A stretch of DNA of 64,000 bases from Candidatus Margulisiibacteriota bacterium (GCA_034723395.1 JAYEOW010000004.1:35279-99278); one strand, 5' to 3'; counted from the stretch's first letter, positions 17,592-27,151 are shown. Program-made: numbers and translations. Notes: generated from the sequence alone by a model not told the origin.

Positions 17592-17756
17592 ATGATAGTT
17601 GAAAGATCAGAATTCAAGGGACGCCCGATGCTGGTAATTAAAAACAGCGAGGATGATAAATACCCCTTCTCTTTTGGCCTCTCTAAAGCCAGAAAGATCG
17701 TGGAAAATATCGAAGAGATCAAAAAGTTCGTCGCAGAAAACCAAAAAGACGCTTAA
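17592..17756 (+). CDS. small hypothetical protein (54 aa), faint PC4/YdbC-like pattern
   Basis: Not in the ORF track (under 60 aa). ATG 17592 is preceded by GGAAGGGAG. Reads MIVERSEFKGRPMLVIKNSEDDKYPFSFGLSKARKIVENIEEIKKFVAENQKDA. Confidence 0.4.
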   Translation: MIVERSEFKGRPMLVIKNSEDDKYPFSFGLSKARKIVENIEEIKKFVAENQKDA

Positions 17757-18028
17757 TCCGACGCAACTGCCGCATCTTTTAGATCGGAAGACTTAACATA
17801 GGCCCATTTATCTAAATAAGGGATATAGACAATTACATATCCCTGATAAATGAATATATGTCCGTTGTAAAACGGCTTTTTTAAGTCTTTCCCTTCTTCG
17901 CTTCCGGTCTTGTCCCTGTCCTCGTACATCGTTTTTGCTAATTCGTCAATTGCATCGGTAGTCAAAGGGGCGGCAAGAACAGGCATCGAAAGACATAGGA
18001 TAAATAAACAAATTACTAATTTTTCCAT
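17753..18028 (-). CDS. small secreted hypothetical protein
   Basis: I start at MEKLVICLFILCLSMPVLAAP (ATG 18028, GGAGG 8 nt upstream). Good signal peptide. The longer ORF to 18205 overlaps the next gene. Confidence 0.4.
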   Translation of the reverse strand: MEKLVICLFILCLSMPVLAAPLTTDAIDELAKTMYEDRDKTGSEEGKDLKKPFYNGHIFIYQGYVIVYIPYLDKWAYVKSSDLKDAAVASD

Positions 18029-18087
18029 GATCATTTCCTCCTCACATATATCGCTGTTTTTTCCCGTAAATTTCAATAAAGTATCAT

Positions 18088-18115
18088 TTGACACTACCCC
18101 TGGAAAGAGTGTAAT
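18088..18115 (+). promoter_or_regulatory. candidate promoter of the ygjP-sixA-mscS-like operon
   Basis: TTGACA 18088-18093, 16 nt, TGTAAT 18110-18115. 25-nt leader with GGAAGGTG SD. Confidence 0.5.
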
Positions 18116-18140
18116 CTGGAACGGAACTCGGAAGGTGTAA

Positions 18141-18668
18141 ATGGAAACAAAGATAATCCGTTCCCGCAGAAAGACCCTTTCTCTTGAAATCAAAGAAGAT
18201 GCCACATTAATTATTCGCGCCCCACAGCATATCCCCCATCAGCATATTCTAAGGATCATTGAGAAGAAGCGTCCCTGGATAGAAAGAAAACGATCCCAAA
18301 CCAGGAAAAGCATTCCACTGGCTAAAGAAGAGCTAAAATATTACCAGCAGAAAGCCGCGCAGCTTATCCCTCAAAGAGCAGAATATTACGCAGCCGCCCA
18401 TAGATTAAAATATAAAAGGATTAGAATAAATGACGCTCAAAAAAGGCTCGGCTCATGCAGCTCCAAGGGAAATTTAAATTTCAGCTGGAGGATAATTCTA
18501 GCCCCCCTTCCTGTTATCGATTACATAGTGTGCCACGAACTCGCTCACCTGATCGAAAAAAACCATTCACATAAATTTTGGGGTAAGGTCGAAGAACTGT
18601 ACCCTAATTATAAAGCGTGCAAAAAGTGGCTCAAAGAGAATGGTTATGTTAAAATAAATATATCATGA
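18141..18668 (+). CDS. YgjP-like (DUF45 / M48-related) metal-dependent hydrolase
   Basis: 175 aa; HELAHLIEKNHSHKFW. Confidence 0.8.
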   Translation: METKIIRSRRKTLSLEIKEDATLIIRAPQHIPHQHILRIIEKKRPWIERKRSQTRKSIPLAKEELKYYQQKAAQLIPQRAEYYAAAHRLKYKRIRINDAQKRLGSCSSKGNLNFSWRIILAPLPVIDYIVCHELAHLIEKNHSHKFWGKVEELYPNYKACKKWLKENGYVKINIS

Positions 18669-19102
18669 AGCTTTATTTAGGCCAACACGGAGAAGCAAAC
18701 CCGGAAAATATCGATCCTGCCCGGGGGTTAACCGGTAAAGGGATAGCAGACACCAAAAAAGTAGCCGATTTTTCGAAAAACATCAAGGTTGATGAAATTT
18801 GGCATAGCACTAAACTTCGCGCTAAACAGACCGCTGAGATATTTGCAAAGGTTCTAGGCAAGAAAGCAATCGAACAGGAGGGACTAAGGCCCAACGATCC
18901 GGTCTCCCCCATTGTTAAAAAAATTGATAGGGATTTAATGGTCGTCGGACACCTCCCCTTTATGGAAAAAATCTCTTCATTCCTTATTACCGGGTCCGAA
19001 GATAACCGACCGGTTATCTTTCGGCAGGCAGGCATCGTATGTCTGGAAAACACTAATTCAAAATGGGGGCTATCCTGGATGGTCACTCCGGAGGTGCTGT
19101 AA
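18665..19102 (+). CDS. sixA: phosphohistidine phosphatase SixA
   Basis: 145 aa; MKLYLGQHGEA (RHG-type motif with Q for R) and VVGHLPF. ATGA overlap with the upstream gene. Confidence 0.75.
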   Translation: MKLYLGQHGEANPENIDPARGLTGKGIADTKKVADFSKNIKVDEIWHSTKLRAKQTAEIFAKVLGKKAIEQEGLRPNDPVSPIVKKIDRDLMVVGHLPFMEKISSFLITGSEDNRPVIFRQAGIVCLENTNSKWGLSWMVTPEVL

Positions 19103-19105
19103 ATT

Positions 19106-19630
19106 ATGGACATGTTAAAAAAGGCCTATTCAATAATGTTTTCCCCTGAAAAGTTGGTTAGTTATTCGGGTAAAGCCATGGGAATGCTCCTTTCTATTGT
19201 CGCAATTTACGCTATCTATAAAATAATCGTTATCGCGATCGACAGAACCCTGAAAAATCGGCTGAATGATGACCGGATGAAAATGCTGGTATCATTAAGT
19301 AAAAGCGTCCTGCGCTACGCAGCCTTTGTTATCATTTTTATAACCATCCTGCAGCAGCTTGGAATAAACATCACCGCCCTTCTAGCCAGCGCTGGAATGC
19401 TGGGACTGGCAATAAGTTTTGGCTCTCAAAACCTGGTCCGGGATATTATCTCTGGAATATTCATTATTATTGAAAGGCGTTTTATAATCGGGGATAAAGT
19501 AAAGATCTCCGGAATCGAAGGGGAAGTGACCAGAATGACCCTGCGTATGACCGCGATTAAAGCCGAGGACGGGACCTCACATACTATTCCAAACGGAAGC
19601 ATTGCTGTAGTGCAAAATTTCAGCCGATAA
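19106..19630 (+). CDS. short MscS-family mechanosensitive channel-like protein lacking the C-terminal alpha/beta domain
   Basis: 174 aa; pore helix and beta domain (GMLGLAISFGSQNLVRDIISGIFIIIERRFIIGDKVKISGIEGEV...IPNGSI), then a stop right after NFSR. Confidence 0.7.
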   Translation: MDMLKKAYSIMFSPEKLVSYSGKAMGMLLSIVAIYAIYKIIVIAIDRTLKNRLNDDRMKMLVSLSKSVLRYAAFVIIFITILQQLGINITALLASAGMLGLAISFGSQNLVRDIISGIFIIIERRFIIGDKVKISGIEGEVTRMTLRMTAIKAEDGTSHTIPNGSIAVVQNFSR

Positions 19631-19656
19631 CAAGCCCCTCGCCGGACAACTCGAAC

Positions 19657-19698
19657 TTGACAATTATACTTTATATGTTAAACTATTTAACATATAAA
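19657..19698 (+). promoter_or_regulatory. candidate MarR promoter with overlapping palindromic operator
   Basis: TTGACA 19657-19662, 16 nt, TAAACT 19679-19684. A perfect 13-bp inverted repeat (19670-19682 and 19686-19698, TTTATATGTTAAA cta TTTAACATATAAA) is centred on the -10. Confidence 0.55.
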
Positions 19699-19703
19699 TC
19701 ATC

Positions 19704-20153
19704 ATGAATCAAAGAAATTCAATCCCTTACTTAAAAAGATTCGAACAGATCATGCCTCTCTTTCATAAAAGCATGGCCCATATGAACGAATGCTGCGTGG
19801 AAGAGATGAACCTCACCCCTCACCAATTTATCGTCCTAAAGATTATCGCCAATACCGATAATTGCATTATGTCGGACCTAAGCAACAATCTTGGCGTGAC
19901 AATGGGGAACATGACCACAATGCTAGATCGCCTGATCAAAGAGGGATTCGCAGCCAGAAAGCAGGAACCGGATGATCGCCGCGTGGTTGGAGTTAGGCTG
20001 ACTAACAAAGGAAAAGATATCGTCGCCAAAGCCACAAAAAAAAGACAGAACATACTGCTCAACATGTTGAAAAAATTATCAAATAAAGACATTGAGACCA
20101 TGTTAAAATTAATTGAAAAGATCGTCACCAATCAGGAGCCAGCAAATGAGTAA
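19704..20153 (+). CDS. MarR-family transcriptional regulator
   Basis: 149 aa; winged-helix region LSNNLGVTMGNMTTMLDRLIKEGFAARKQEPDDRRVV. Confidence 0.85.
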   Translation: MNQRNSIPYLKRFEQIMPLFHKSMAHMNECCVEEMNLTPHQFIVLKIIANTDNCIMSDLSNNLGVTMGNMTTMLDRLIKEGFAARKQEPDDRRVVGVRLTNKGKDIVAKATKKRQNILLNMLKKLSNKDIETMLKLIEKIVTNQEPANE

Positions 20154-21606
20154 ATATATTACCATACTATTATGCTTATTGGTCATGCCAAGCGTCGCTT
20201 TTGGGGCTACCACTCTCACTCAAGATAAATTCATCAAACAGGCGATTAAAAACAATCCCAGTTATCAAATATCGGCCCAGGAATATATGATCGCTTTAGA
20301 ACAAAATAAAAGCACCCGCTCTTTAGAAGATTGGAACCTGGTACTGTCCGGTTTATGGAATGAATCTTCCCCTCCCCCGCTAAGCTCTTTTTCCGCCCAA
20401 TACCGAAAAACCGCCGGCTATACGGTTGGCCTTGAAAAATATATCGCTGACACGGGCACCGCCATCCAGCTTGAACACTCAAATACCCGGTTCGATTCAA
20501 AATATCCGCCGGGCTCCAGTGCTTTTAATCCGCCATCTAAATACTATTTGTCTTCTATTTCGTTAACTATCGTCCAGCCATTACTGAAAAACGCCTGGGG
20601 GCTAGCGACTAAAAACGCGCTAAAAATGTCTGGCTATTCCCTCAAATTAGCCAAGATAAAGTTATCCGAAGATTGGGAAGATCTTATCAGCCTGCTCCGA
20701 AAGGAATATCTAACCTGGCAAAAATGCGTTAAAAATATAAGCTTAGTAAAGGGCCAGGTTAAAACCGTTAAAAACCAGCTGGCTTTAACAAAAAGGCAGT
20801 TAAAATACGGGCTTTCTGAAGAGCTGGATGTTGTCCAGCTGGAACAGAAACTCGAAGCCTATAGGATAATGTTAGAACAGGCGATCCTGGTTTGTGATAC
20901 CCAAACCCAAAAGATATTCCAGCTTATGGGACAAAGGGGCGCAAACTCAGCGAATGCTTATCCTGATAAATTCATTCCAAATGGATCAATTATGGATGCA
21001 GCAACCGCTGGCTCATATTTAAGATCATCCTCGAATATAAAAAGGACCGCTGATATCCTGGTTGATCTTCAAACCACAAATCTTGAGACGAAAGAAAACG
21101 CTAAACAGATAGATGTCAATTTAGTGCTCTCTGCCAAACCGAACGCTTTTACCGAAGGGCTCAGTGACAGCCTCACCAAGATCGGCCAGTACAGCGAAAA
21201 GACGATCAGCGTTACCGCGAGCCGTCCCCTCGGCAACGACCAGGCCGAAGCGGAAGCGGAGAAAGCCAAGATCGAATATAATAAATCCATCAAACAGAGA
21301 GAGAATATCCTGCTTAATGCCAATCTTGGGCTATCTTCTCTCTACACAAACTTAAAGCGCCTGAGCAATATGGTCAAACTCAACGAAAACAGCCTTAAAC
21401 TGGCCAAAAAGCGGTCAATATTAGAAAAGAGAAAATTCAATCAGGGGCGCAGCTCGGTATTTTTTGTGCTGCAAGCAGATGATGACATGTTAAAAGCCGA
21501 AAATTCACTCAATGAAACTATTTTTTCCCGGGAAGAGATCATCAACCAGATCAAAACCCTAACCGATCGTTATTTAGTCGAATATAAGGACGTCTTAAAA
21601 TTATGA
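20146..21606 (+). CDS. TolC-family outer-membrane efflux protein
   Basis: I start at MSKYITILLCLLVMPSVAFG (signal peptide). Two-repeat coiled OEP architecture. ATG lies inside the MarR stop region. Confidence 0.8.
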   Translation: MSKYITILLCLLVMPSVAFGATTLTQDKFIKQAIKNNPSYQISAQEYMIALEQNKSTRSLEDWNLVLSGLWNESSPPPLSSFSAQYRKTAGYTVGLEKYIADTGTAIQLEHSNTRFDSKYPPGSSAFNPPSKYYLSSISLTIVQPLLKNAWGLATKNALKMSGYSLKLAKIKLSEDWEDLISLLRKEYLTWQKCVKNISLVKGQVKTVKNQLALTKRQLKYGLSEELDVVQLEQKLEAYRIMLEQAILVCDTQTQKIFQLMGQRGANSANAYPDKFIPNGSIMDAATAGSYLRSSSNIKRTADILVDLQTTNLETKENAKQIDVNLVLSAKPNAFTEGLSDSLTKIGQYSEKTISVTASRPLGNDQAEAEAEKAKIEYNKSIKQRENILLNANLGLSSLYTNLKRLSNMVKLNENSLKLAKKRSILEKRKFNQGRSSVFFVLQADDDMLKAENSLNETIFSREEIINQIKTLTDRYLVEYKDVLKL

Positions 21607-24600
21607 GAACGATCTTCAAATGGTTCGTTGATCACCCAAAACTGATTAACCTCTTCCTGGTCCTGGTCTTGATAATGGGCGGGCTCTCCTTTTTAAACCT
21701 AAAACGCAACAGCACGCCAAATGTCGATTTTAAGATGATGTTTGTCACTACGATCTACCCGGGGGCGGCACCGGAAGATGTTGAAATCAACGTCACCATC
21801 CCCATCGAAGAACAGCTGCAGGAAGTTTCGGGGATAAAAGATATGGAATCTTTTTCCGGCGAGAATTACTCCCTGGTCTTTGTCGAGATCGACCCGGATG
21901 CCAAAGATATCGAAGAAGTAAAAAGTGATGTTAACAAGGCGGTTGACCGGGTTACCGGCCTGCCTTCCGAAATTTTAGACAAGCCTCTGGTAACCGAGCT
22001 AAAAACCGATATTTTCCCGGTCTTTGAGGTCGCGATCACCGGAAATCACACAATTTCTGAATTCGATCTAAGAAAATATGCTAAAACACTGGAAGATAAG
22101 ATCCGGCATCTTCCCGGTGTTGGAGGAACCAGCAAGGTCGGTTACCGCAAAAGAGAGGTCCATATCGAAGTCGATCCGGTAAAAGCCTCCAGACATTACG
22201 TATCGCTTGCCGAAGTTATGGTCGCTATCCGCGCTTCTAACATCCGCTTAAGCGGCGGCAACATCCAATCTCTCACCACCAAGAAAAAGGTCATTACCCT
22301 TTCCCAATTCGACGATCCGCTTGAAGTCAAAGATGTCATCGTCCGCTCGGTATTTTCCGGCAAACGGATCATGGTTTCTGAGGTAGCTGAAGTAAAGGAT
22401 AGTTTTGAAGAAGAGTCCATTTTGGTCAGCACCAATAGTGAACCGTGCATCAATATAACGATAAGTAAAAATGCCAATGCAGACGCGGTTAGGGTAGCAA
22501 AAAGGGTAAAGGTTTTACTGGACGAGTTTAATAAAGAACTTCCTGAAGGTGTCCACGCGCAGATCGTAAAAGATTATTCGGTCTATGTTAACGCCATGCT
22601 GCGTGCGGTCATCTCTAATGCCCTGCTCGGATTCTTACTGGTCCTTTTGTGTTTAATGATCTTCCTCGACCACCGGATCGCCTTTTGGACGGCGCTCGGG
22701 ATCCCTTTCTCTCTCCTGGTCGCTTTCTACTTCATGCCCTTTTATGATATCTCAATAACTAATATCTCTTTATTGGGATTTATTATTGTCCTCGGCATGC
22801 TGGTCGACGACGCGATCGTCGTGGCCGAGCATATATTTTCTTATCGGGAAAAAGGATTAGGTCCGATCGAGGCCTCGATCAAAGGGGTATCGGAAATATT
22901 CTGGCCGGTCCTGGCTACGGTAACCACTACGATCGCCGCTTTCCTCCCGATCCTTTTAATGGGCGGTATCTGGGGCGACTTTATCCGGGCAATCCCGATT
23001 GTTATCACCATCGTACTTTTGGCTTCACTCTTTGAATCGGCCTTTATCCTTCCCTCCCACCTTGCCCACACCCAGTTAAAAAAGAAGGAGAAGCCAAAAA
23101 TACTCCAATTCTTAGAAAAAGCATACCACCGAAATCTCCTGCGAGTACTTAAGCGGAAGTACATGGTCATTGGCGCTTTCCTATTAATATTTTTCTTTTC
23201 GATCGGGATCCTCCTCCCCATTTTAGGATTCCAACTCATGCCCACATCCGATGCGGATGTTTTAATGATTAAACTGGAAACCCCTAAGGGGACTCCGTTA
23301 CAAGAGACCGAAAAGCGGGTAAACGCGGTCGAAAAAATACTGGTTGAAACTATTCCCAAGGATGTCCTCATAAGCTATGTTACCACTTTAGGTGAAAAAG
23401 GGACCGATATGTGGGACAGCGTTAGCGGGATCAGCCAGGACCACTGGGCCAGGATAAACATTAATCTCTCACCGGCGCAAGAGCGTAAAATATCCTCTTT
23501 CCAACTTAAAGATAAATTAGAAGATAGATTCAAAACCTGCAAAGAAAGGGACAAATTTGTTGATATCGGCGTGATTACTCGAGCAGGCGGACCGCCAACT
23601 GGAAGGCCCATCGATGTAAGTTTTATCGGGAACAACGATAAAATCCGCACCAAATTGGGCGATGAATTCTATAATTTTATCAGTAAAAATCCCGCGGTTT
23701 CAGATATTTTCCGTAATGATGAGAAGGGATTAAAAGAGCTAAATATTATTCTCAACCATAATTTAATGAGTGAGCTGGGAATAACCGCCGCAGAGGTGGC
23801 CGGCGTGGTCAGGGCAGCGATCAGCGGCAACGTGGTCACTTCGATCCGCCAAGAGGGAGAAGAGGTCGATTTCCGGGTGATGCTCGACGAAAAATACCGC
23901 AACGATCCCCAATTTATCCGGAATTTGACTATTCCTAACCGGATGGGAAAACTGATCAGGCTAGGCAGCTTTATCAGCTTTAAAGAAAAATCATCACCGC
24001 TTGCTATCTCCCACCAGGAAGGCGACCGCGTGCTTAACATCACTGCAGAGCTGGATAGAAAAAAACAAGATGCCGGCGAATATAATAAAGCGATCATGGC
24101 CAAGTTCGAACCGATGGTCGCCCAATATCCTGACATGCGGATGACGATCGGCGGTGAGGAGGAGTATGCGCGGGAATCACTGAATAATTTCTTTAATGCA
24201 ATGGTTTTAGCGCTAATCGTGATCTACCTGATATTAGTAGTACTATTCAACTCGTTCACCGAACCGTTTATTGTACTAATGGCCATCCCTTTTGGTTTGG
24301 TTGGTGTTATTCTGGCCTTCCTTATTCACCGTGAACCGATGAGCTTCCTCGGCTTGATCGGCATCCTCGGGCTGGCAGGGGTAGTTGTAAACAATTCTCT
24401 GGTTATGCTCAAGTTCCTCAACAAAAAAGAGGAAGAAGTTTGCGGCAAAGGTGAAAGGCTCACCCTCGAAACGATCGCGGACGCAGCAATGCTCCGGTTC
24501 AGGCCGATCGTTTTGACAACCATAACTACCGTGGCCGGACTGTTGCCCTCACTTTACGGATTATTCGGAGGTCGCGTGGACTTTCTGTTCCCGCTCCTGC

Positions 24601-24758
24601 TCTCGCTCAGCTGGGGACTGGTCTTTTCAGCCTTTATCACCCTCTTTTTGATCCCTTCGTTCTATATCGTTGAACGAAATATCAACGTCTGGTTCTCAAA
24701 AAAATTCGGGAGAAGCTCAAAAGAAGATATCTGCCGCCTCGATATATCAAACTATTAA
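21603..24758 (+). CDS. RND (AcrB/AcrD/AcrF-family) efflux permease
   Basis: 1051 aa, 12-TM layout with two large periplasmic loops. ATGA overlap with the TolC-like gene. Confidence 0.9.
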   Translation: MRTIFKWFVDHPKLINLFLVLVLIMGGLSFLNLKRNSTPNVDFKMMFVTTIYPGAAPEDVEINVTIPIEEQLQEVSGIKDMESFSGENYSLVFVEIDPDAKDIEEVKSDVNKAVDRVTGLPSEILDKPLVTELKTDIFPVFEVAITGNHTISEFDLRKYAKTLEDKIRHLPGVGGTSKVGYRKREVHIEVDPVKASRHYVSLAEVMVAIRASNIRLSGGNIQSLTTKKKVITLSQFDDPLEVKDVIVRSVFSGKRIMVSEVAEVKDSFEEESILVSTNSEPCINITISKNANADAVRVAKRVKVLLDEFNKELPEGVHAQIVKDYSVYVNAMLRAVISNALLGFLLVLLCLMIFLDHRIAFWTALGIPFSLLVAFYFMPFYDISITNISLLGFIIVLGMLVDDAIVVAEHIFSYREKGLGPIEASIKGVSEIFWPVLATVTTTIAAFLPILLMGGIWGDFIRAIPIVITIVLLASLFESAFILPSHLAHTQLKKKEKPKILQFLEKAYHRNLLRVLKRKYMVIGAFLLIFFFSIGILLPILGFQLMPTSDADVLMIKLETPKGTPLQETEKRVNAVEKILVETIPKDVLISYVTTLGEKGTDMWDSVSGISQDHWARININLSPAQERKISSFQLKDKLEDRFKTCKERDKFVDIGVITRAGGPPTGRPIDVSFIGNNDKIRTKLGDEFYNFISKNPAVSDIFRNDEKGLKELNIILNHNLMSELGITAAEVAGVVRAAISGNVVTSIRQEGEEVDFRVMLDEKYRNDPQFIRNLTIPNRMGKLIRLGSFISFKEKSSPLAISHQEGDRVLNITAELDRKKQDAGEYNKAIMAKFEPMVAQYPDMRMTIGGEEEYARESLNNFFNAMVLALIVIYLILVVLFNSFTEPFIVLMAIPFGLVGVILAFLIHREPMSFLGLIGILGLAGVVVNNSLVMLKFLNKKEEEVCGKGERLTLETIADAAMLRFRPIVLTTITTVAGLLPSLYGLFGGRVDFLFPLLLSLSWGLVFSAFITLFLIPSFYIVERNINVWFSKKFGRSSKEDICRLDISNY

Positions 24759-24773
24759 TCCGCCACGGTTTTA

Positions 24774-24782
24774 TGATATAAT
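24774..24782 (+). promoter_or_regulatory. extended -10 promoter (TGATATAAT) for thrC
   Basis: 9 nt upstream of ATG 24792, no SD. Confidence 0.5.
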
Positions 24783-24791
24783 TCCGACGTT

Positions 24792-25841
24792 ATGCATTGG
24801 AAAGGTGTAATCGAAGAGTATCGAAAATATCTGCCGGTGGACGAAAATACACCGGTGGTAACCTTTCAAGAAGGTAATACCCCCCTCCTATTTGCCAATA
24901 AACTCTCAGAGCTCACCAAATGTAAGGTTTACCTTAAATATGAAGGAGCAAATCCGTCCGGATCGTTTAAAGACCGCGGCATGTGTATGGCGATCAGCAA
25001 GGCAAAGGAGAGAAATTGTAAAGCAGTTATCTGCGCTTCAACCGGCAACACCTCCGCTTCCGCCGCCGCCTACGCCGTCCGCGCCGGGATGGAATGCATC
25101 GTCATTATCCCCAAAGGAAAGATCGCGCTGGGAAAACTATCACAGGCGATCATGCATGGAGCAAAGGTTTTTGAAGTCGACGGCAATTTCGACCAAGCCC
25201 TGGAACTGGTTAGAGAGATCGGCGAAAAATATCCGATCGAGATCGTCAACTCAATTAATCCCTATCGGATCGAAGGGCAAAAGACCGGAGCGTTTGAGAT
25301 CTGCAACCAATTAGATGCCGTTCCCGATTATCACGCTATCCCCGTCGGTAATGCCGGAAACATTACCGCCTACTGGAAGGGTTATAAAGAATACTACGCG
25401 GACAAAAAGATCAGCGGCCTGCCGAAAATGGTCGGTTTTCAAGCCGAAGGAGCCGCCCCCATCGTGCTCGGCCATCCGGTAAAAAACCCGGAAACGATCG
25501 CCACCGCGATCAGGATCGGCAATCCGGCCAGTTGGAAGACCGCTGTTGAAGCGGCGGAAGAATCCGGCGGATCGATCTCGATCGTAACCGACCAGGAAAT
25601 CATTGATACCTATAAACTTATCGCTAAAAACGAAGGGGTATTTGTCGAACCCGCCTCTGCGGCATCGGTCGCCGGCACACTTAAACTAGTTAAAGCGAGG
25701 AAGATCCCTGATGGATCGACAATTGTCTGTATCTTAACCGGTCACGGCCTAAAAGATCCCGATAATGCTATCCTACTTGGCGATAAACCGACCTTTATCC
25801 CCTGCAAAATGAAAGAGGTTATCAAAAAGCTTGGTTACTAA
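24792..25841 (+). CDS. thrC: threonine synthase
   Basis: 349 aa; [17 protein letters not shown]-lysine motif. Confidence 0.9.
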   Translation: MHWKGVIEEYRKYLPVDENTPVVTFQEGNTPLLFANKLSELTKCKVYLKYEGANPSGSFKDRGMCMAISKAKERNCKAVICASTGNTSASAAAYAVRAGMECIVIIPKGKIALGKLSQAIMHGAKVFEVDGNFDQALELVREIGEKYPIEIVNSINPYRIEGQKTGAFEICNQLDAVPDYHAIPVGNAGNITAYWKGYKEYYADKKISGLPKMVGFQAEGAAPIVLGHPVKNPETIATAIRIGNPASWKTAVEAAEESGGSISIVTDQEIIDTYKLIAKNEGVFVEPASAASVAGTLKLVKARKIPDGSTIVCILTGHGLKDPDNAILLGDKPTFIPCKMKEVIKKLGY

Positions 25842-25873
25842 ACCTCACCCCGTCACTCATTTCATTCGTGCCA

Positions 25874-25898
25874 CCCCTCTCCATGGAATGGAGAGGGG
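25874..25898 (+). other. 11-bp perfect stem-loop (CCCCTCTCCAT gga ATGGAGAGGGG) in the thrC-DUF362 spacer
   Basis: Read directly. There is no T-run after it, so it is not a classical intrinsic terminator. It is flanked by further complementary segments (see findings). Confidence 0.6.
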
Positions 25899-25945
25899 AA
25901 TGAATTTGCCGAAGCTTTTAGCTGAGGCAAAGAAAGGGGTGAGGA

Positions 25946-27112
25946 ATGAAATCACAAGTCGCCATCGTCGAATGCCCCGATTACAATCAGGATAAAGTTG
26001 ACGCTGCAGTTAAAGATGGTCTTCAATTGATCGGCGGTCTCGATAAATTTATTAAACCCGGCCAAAAGGTTCTATTAAAAGTCAATGCCTTAATGGATTC
26101 ATTCCCGGAAGCCGCCGCCACCACCCACCCCGCGCTAGTTTCTGCCTTGACCAAAGAAATTGGTAAAATCGGAGCAAGTGCCTTTGTGGGCGACAGCCCG
26201 GGGAATGCGTCCGCTAACATCGCGAAAACAATGGAAAAAGCGGGCTTTACCAAAGCGGTCGAAGAGGCCGGCGGCGGTATATTGAACTTTCAACGCGCAA
26301 AAATCGTTGATATTAAAAGTCCCAGCAATAATAAAAGGATCAAAAAGGTTAAAATATGCCAGGCAGTTTTGGACGCGGATGTGATCATAAATCTGCCAAA
26401 GTTAAAAACCCACGGCTGGACCCTCTTTACCGGTGCGATTAAAAATATGTTCGGGATCGTCCCCGGGTTTTTTAAATCTAAATATCATATCATCGCTCCG
26501 CAACCGCATGAATTCTCAGAATCATTGGTCGACATCCTAGAGGTCACTAAGCCAACATTAAATATTATGGATGGGATTATCGGCATGGAAGGGCCCGGCC
26601 CATCATCCGGACAACCGAGATCAATGGGAGCCCTCTTCTTTTCGGAAGATGCAGTGGCAATGGATGCGGTCTGCTCTGAAGCAATAAACTATCGTCCTTT
26701 TGATATCGATACTACCAAAATTGCCCATCGGCGAGGGCTGGGAACCGGTGATTTGAAAGAAATTGAGATTGTGGGATCCCCGCTGGAAGCTATAAAAAAA
26801 TCTGACTGGAAACACGCCTCTAATACTTATAGCTTGACCAAGCGGATCCCCAGCTGGCTCAATTGGATATTCAGGCCGGTAACAAAACTGCTCAGGATCG
26901 ATCCGGTAATTGATCAGGAGAAATGCGAAAAATGCCTGATCTGCGTTGAAAATTGTCCGGCAAAAACGATCCATTTTGAAAATAATATCGTAAAAATAGA
27001 CCTTAAAAATTGTATTATGTGCTACTGCTGCTCCGAACTCTGCCCTTACAAAGCGATCAAATTAAAAAGAAGCTGGCTGACAAAAAAGATGGGATTCCCG
27101 GCTCCAGAATAA
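25946..27112 (+). CDS. DUF362 domain protein with C-terminal 2x[4Fe-4S] ferredoxin motifs
   Basis: 388 aa; CEKCLICVENCP and CIMCYCCSELCP. Confidence 0.8.
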   Translation: MKSQVAIVECPDYNQDKVDAAVKDGLQLIGGLDKFIKPGQKVLLKVNALMDSFPEAAATTHPALVSALTKEIGKIGASAFVGDSPGNASANIAKTMEKAGFTKAVEEAGGGILNFQRAKIVDIKSPSNNKRIKKVKICQAVLDADVIINLPKLKTHGWTLFTGAIKNMFGIVPGFFKSKYHIIAPQPHEFSESLVDILEVTKPTLNIMDGIIGMEGPGPSSGQPRSMGALFFSEDAVAMDAVCSEAINYRPFDIDTTKIAHRRGLGTGDLKEIEIVGSPLEAIKKSDWKHASNTYSLTKRIPSWLNWIFRPVTKLLRIDPVIDQEKCEKCLICVENCPAKTIHFENNIVKIDLKNCIMCYCCSELCPYKAIKLKRSWLTKKMGFPAPE

Positions 27113-27142
27113 GCCATTCTACTTTAGAATTGATGCCAGATC

Positions 27143-27151
27143 TGCTATAAT
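27143..27151 (+). promoter_or_regulatory. extended -10 promoter (TGCTATAAT) at the head of the lipid A/glycan operon
   Basis: 13 nt upstream of ATG 27165. Confidence 0.45.

Noticed and set aside
21603-24758. Multiple 60-176-codon antisense or alternate-frame ORFs inside the RND gene (for example 22841-23371 and 23669-24136), and similar ones inside aspS, purH, proS, thrC (24892-25314) and the GT genes
   Set aside because: They are shadow ORFs of long, confidently identified genes. They have biased S/P/R/L-rich composition and no SD or promoter.
25874-25898. Intrinsic terminator after thrC
   Set aside because: The 11-bp stem is perfect but no U-run follows it. It is embedded in a larger set of competing pairings, so I treated it as part of a regulatory structure.
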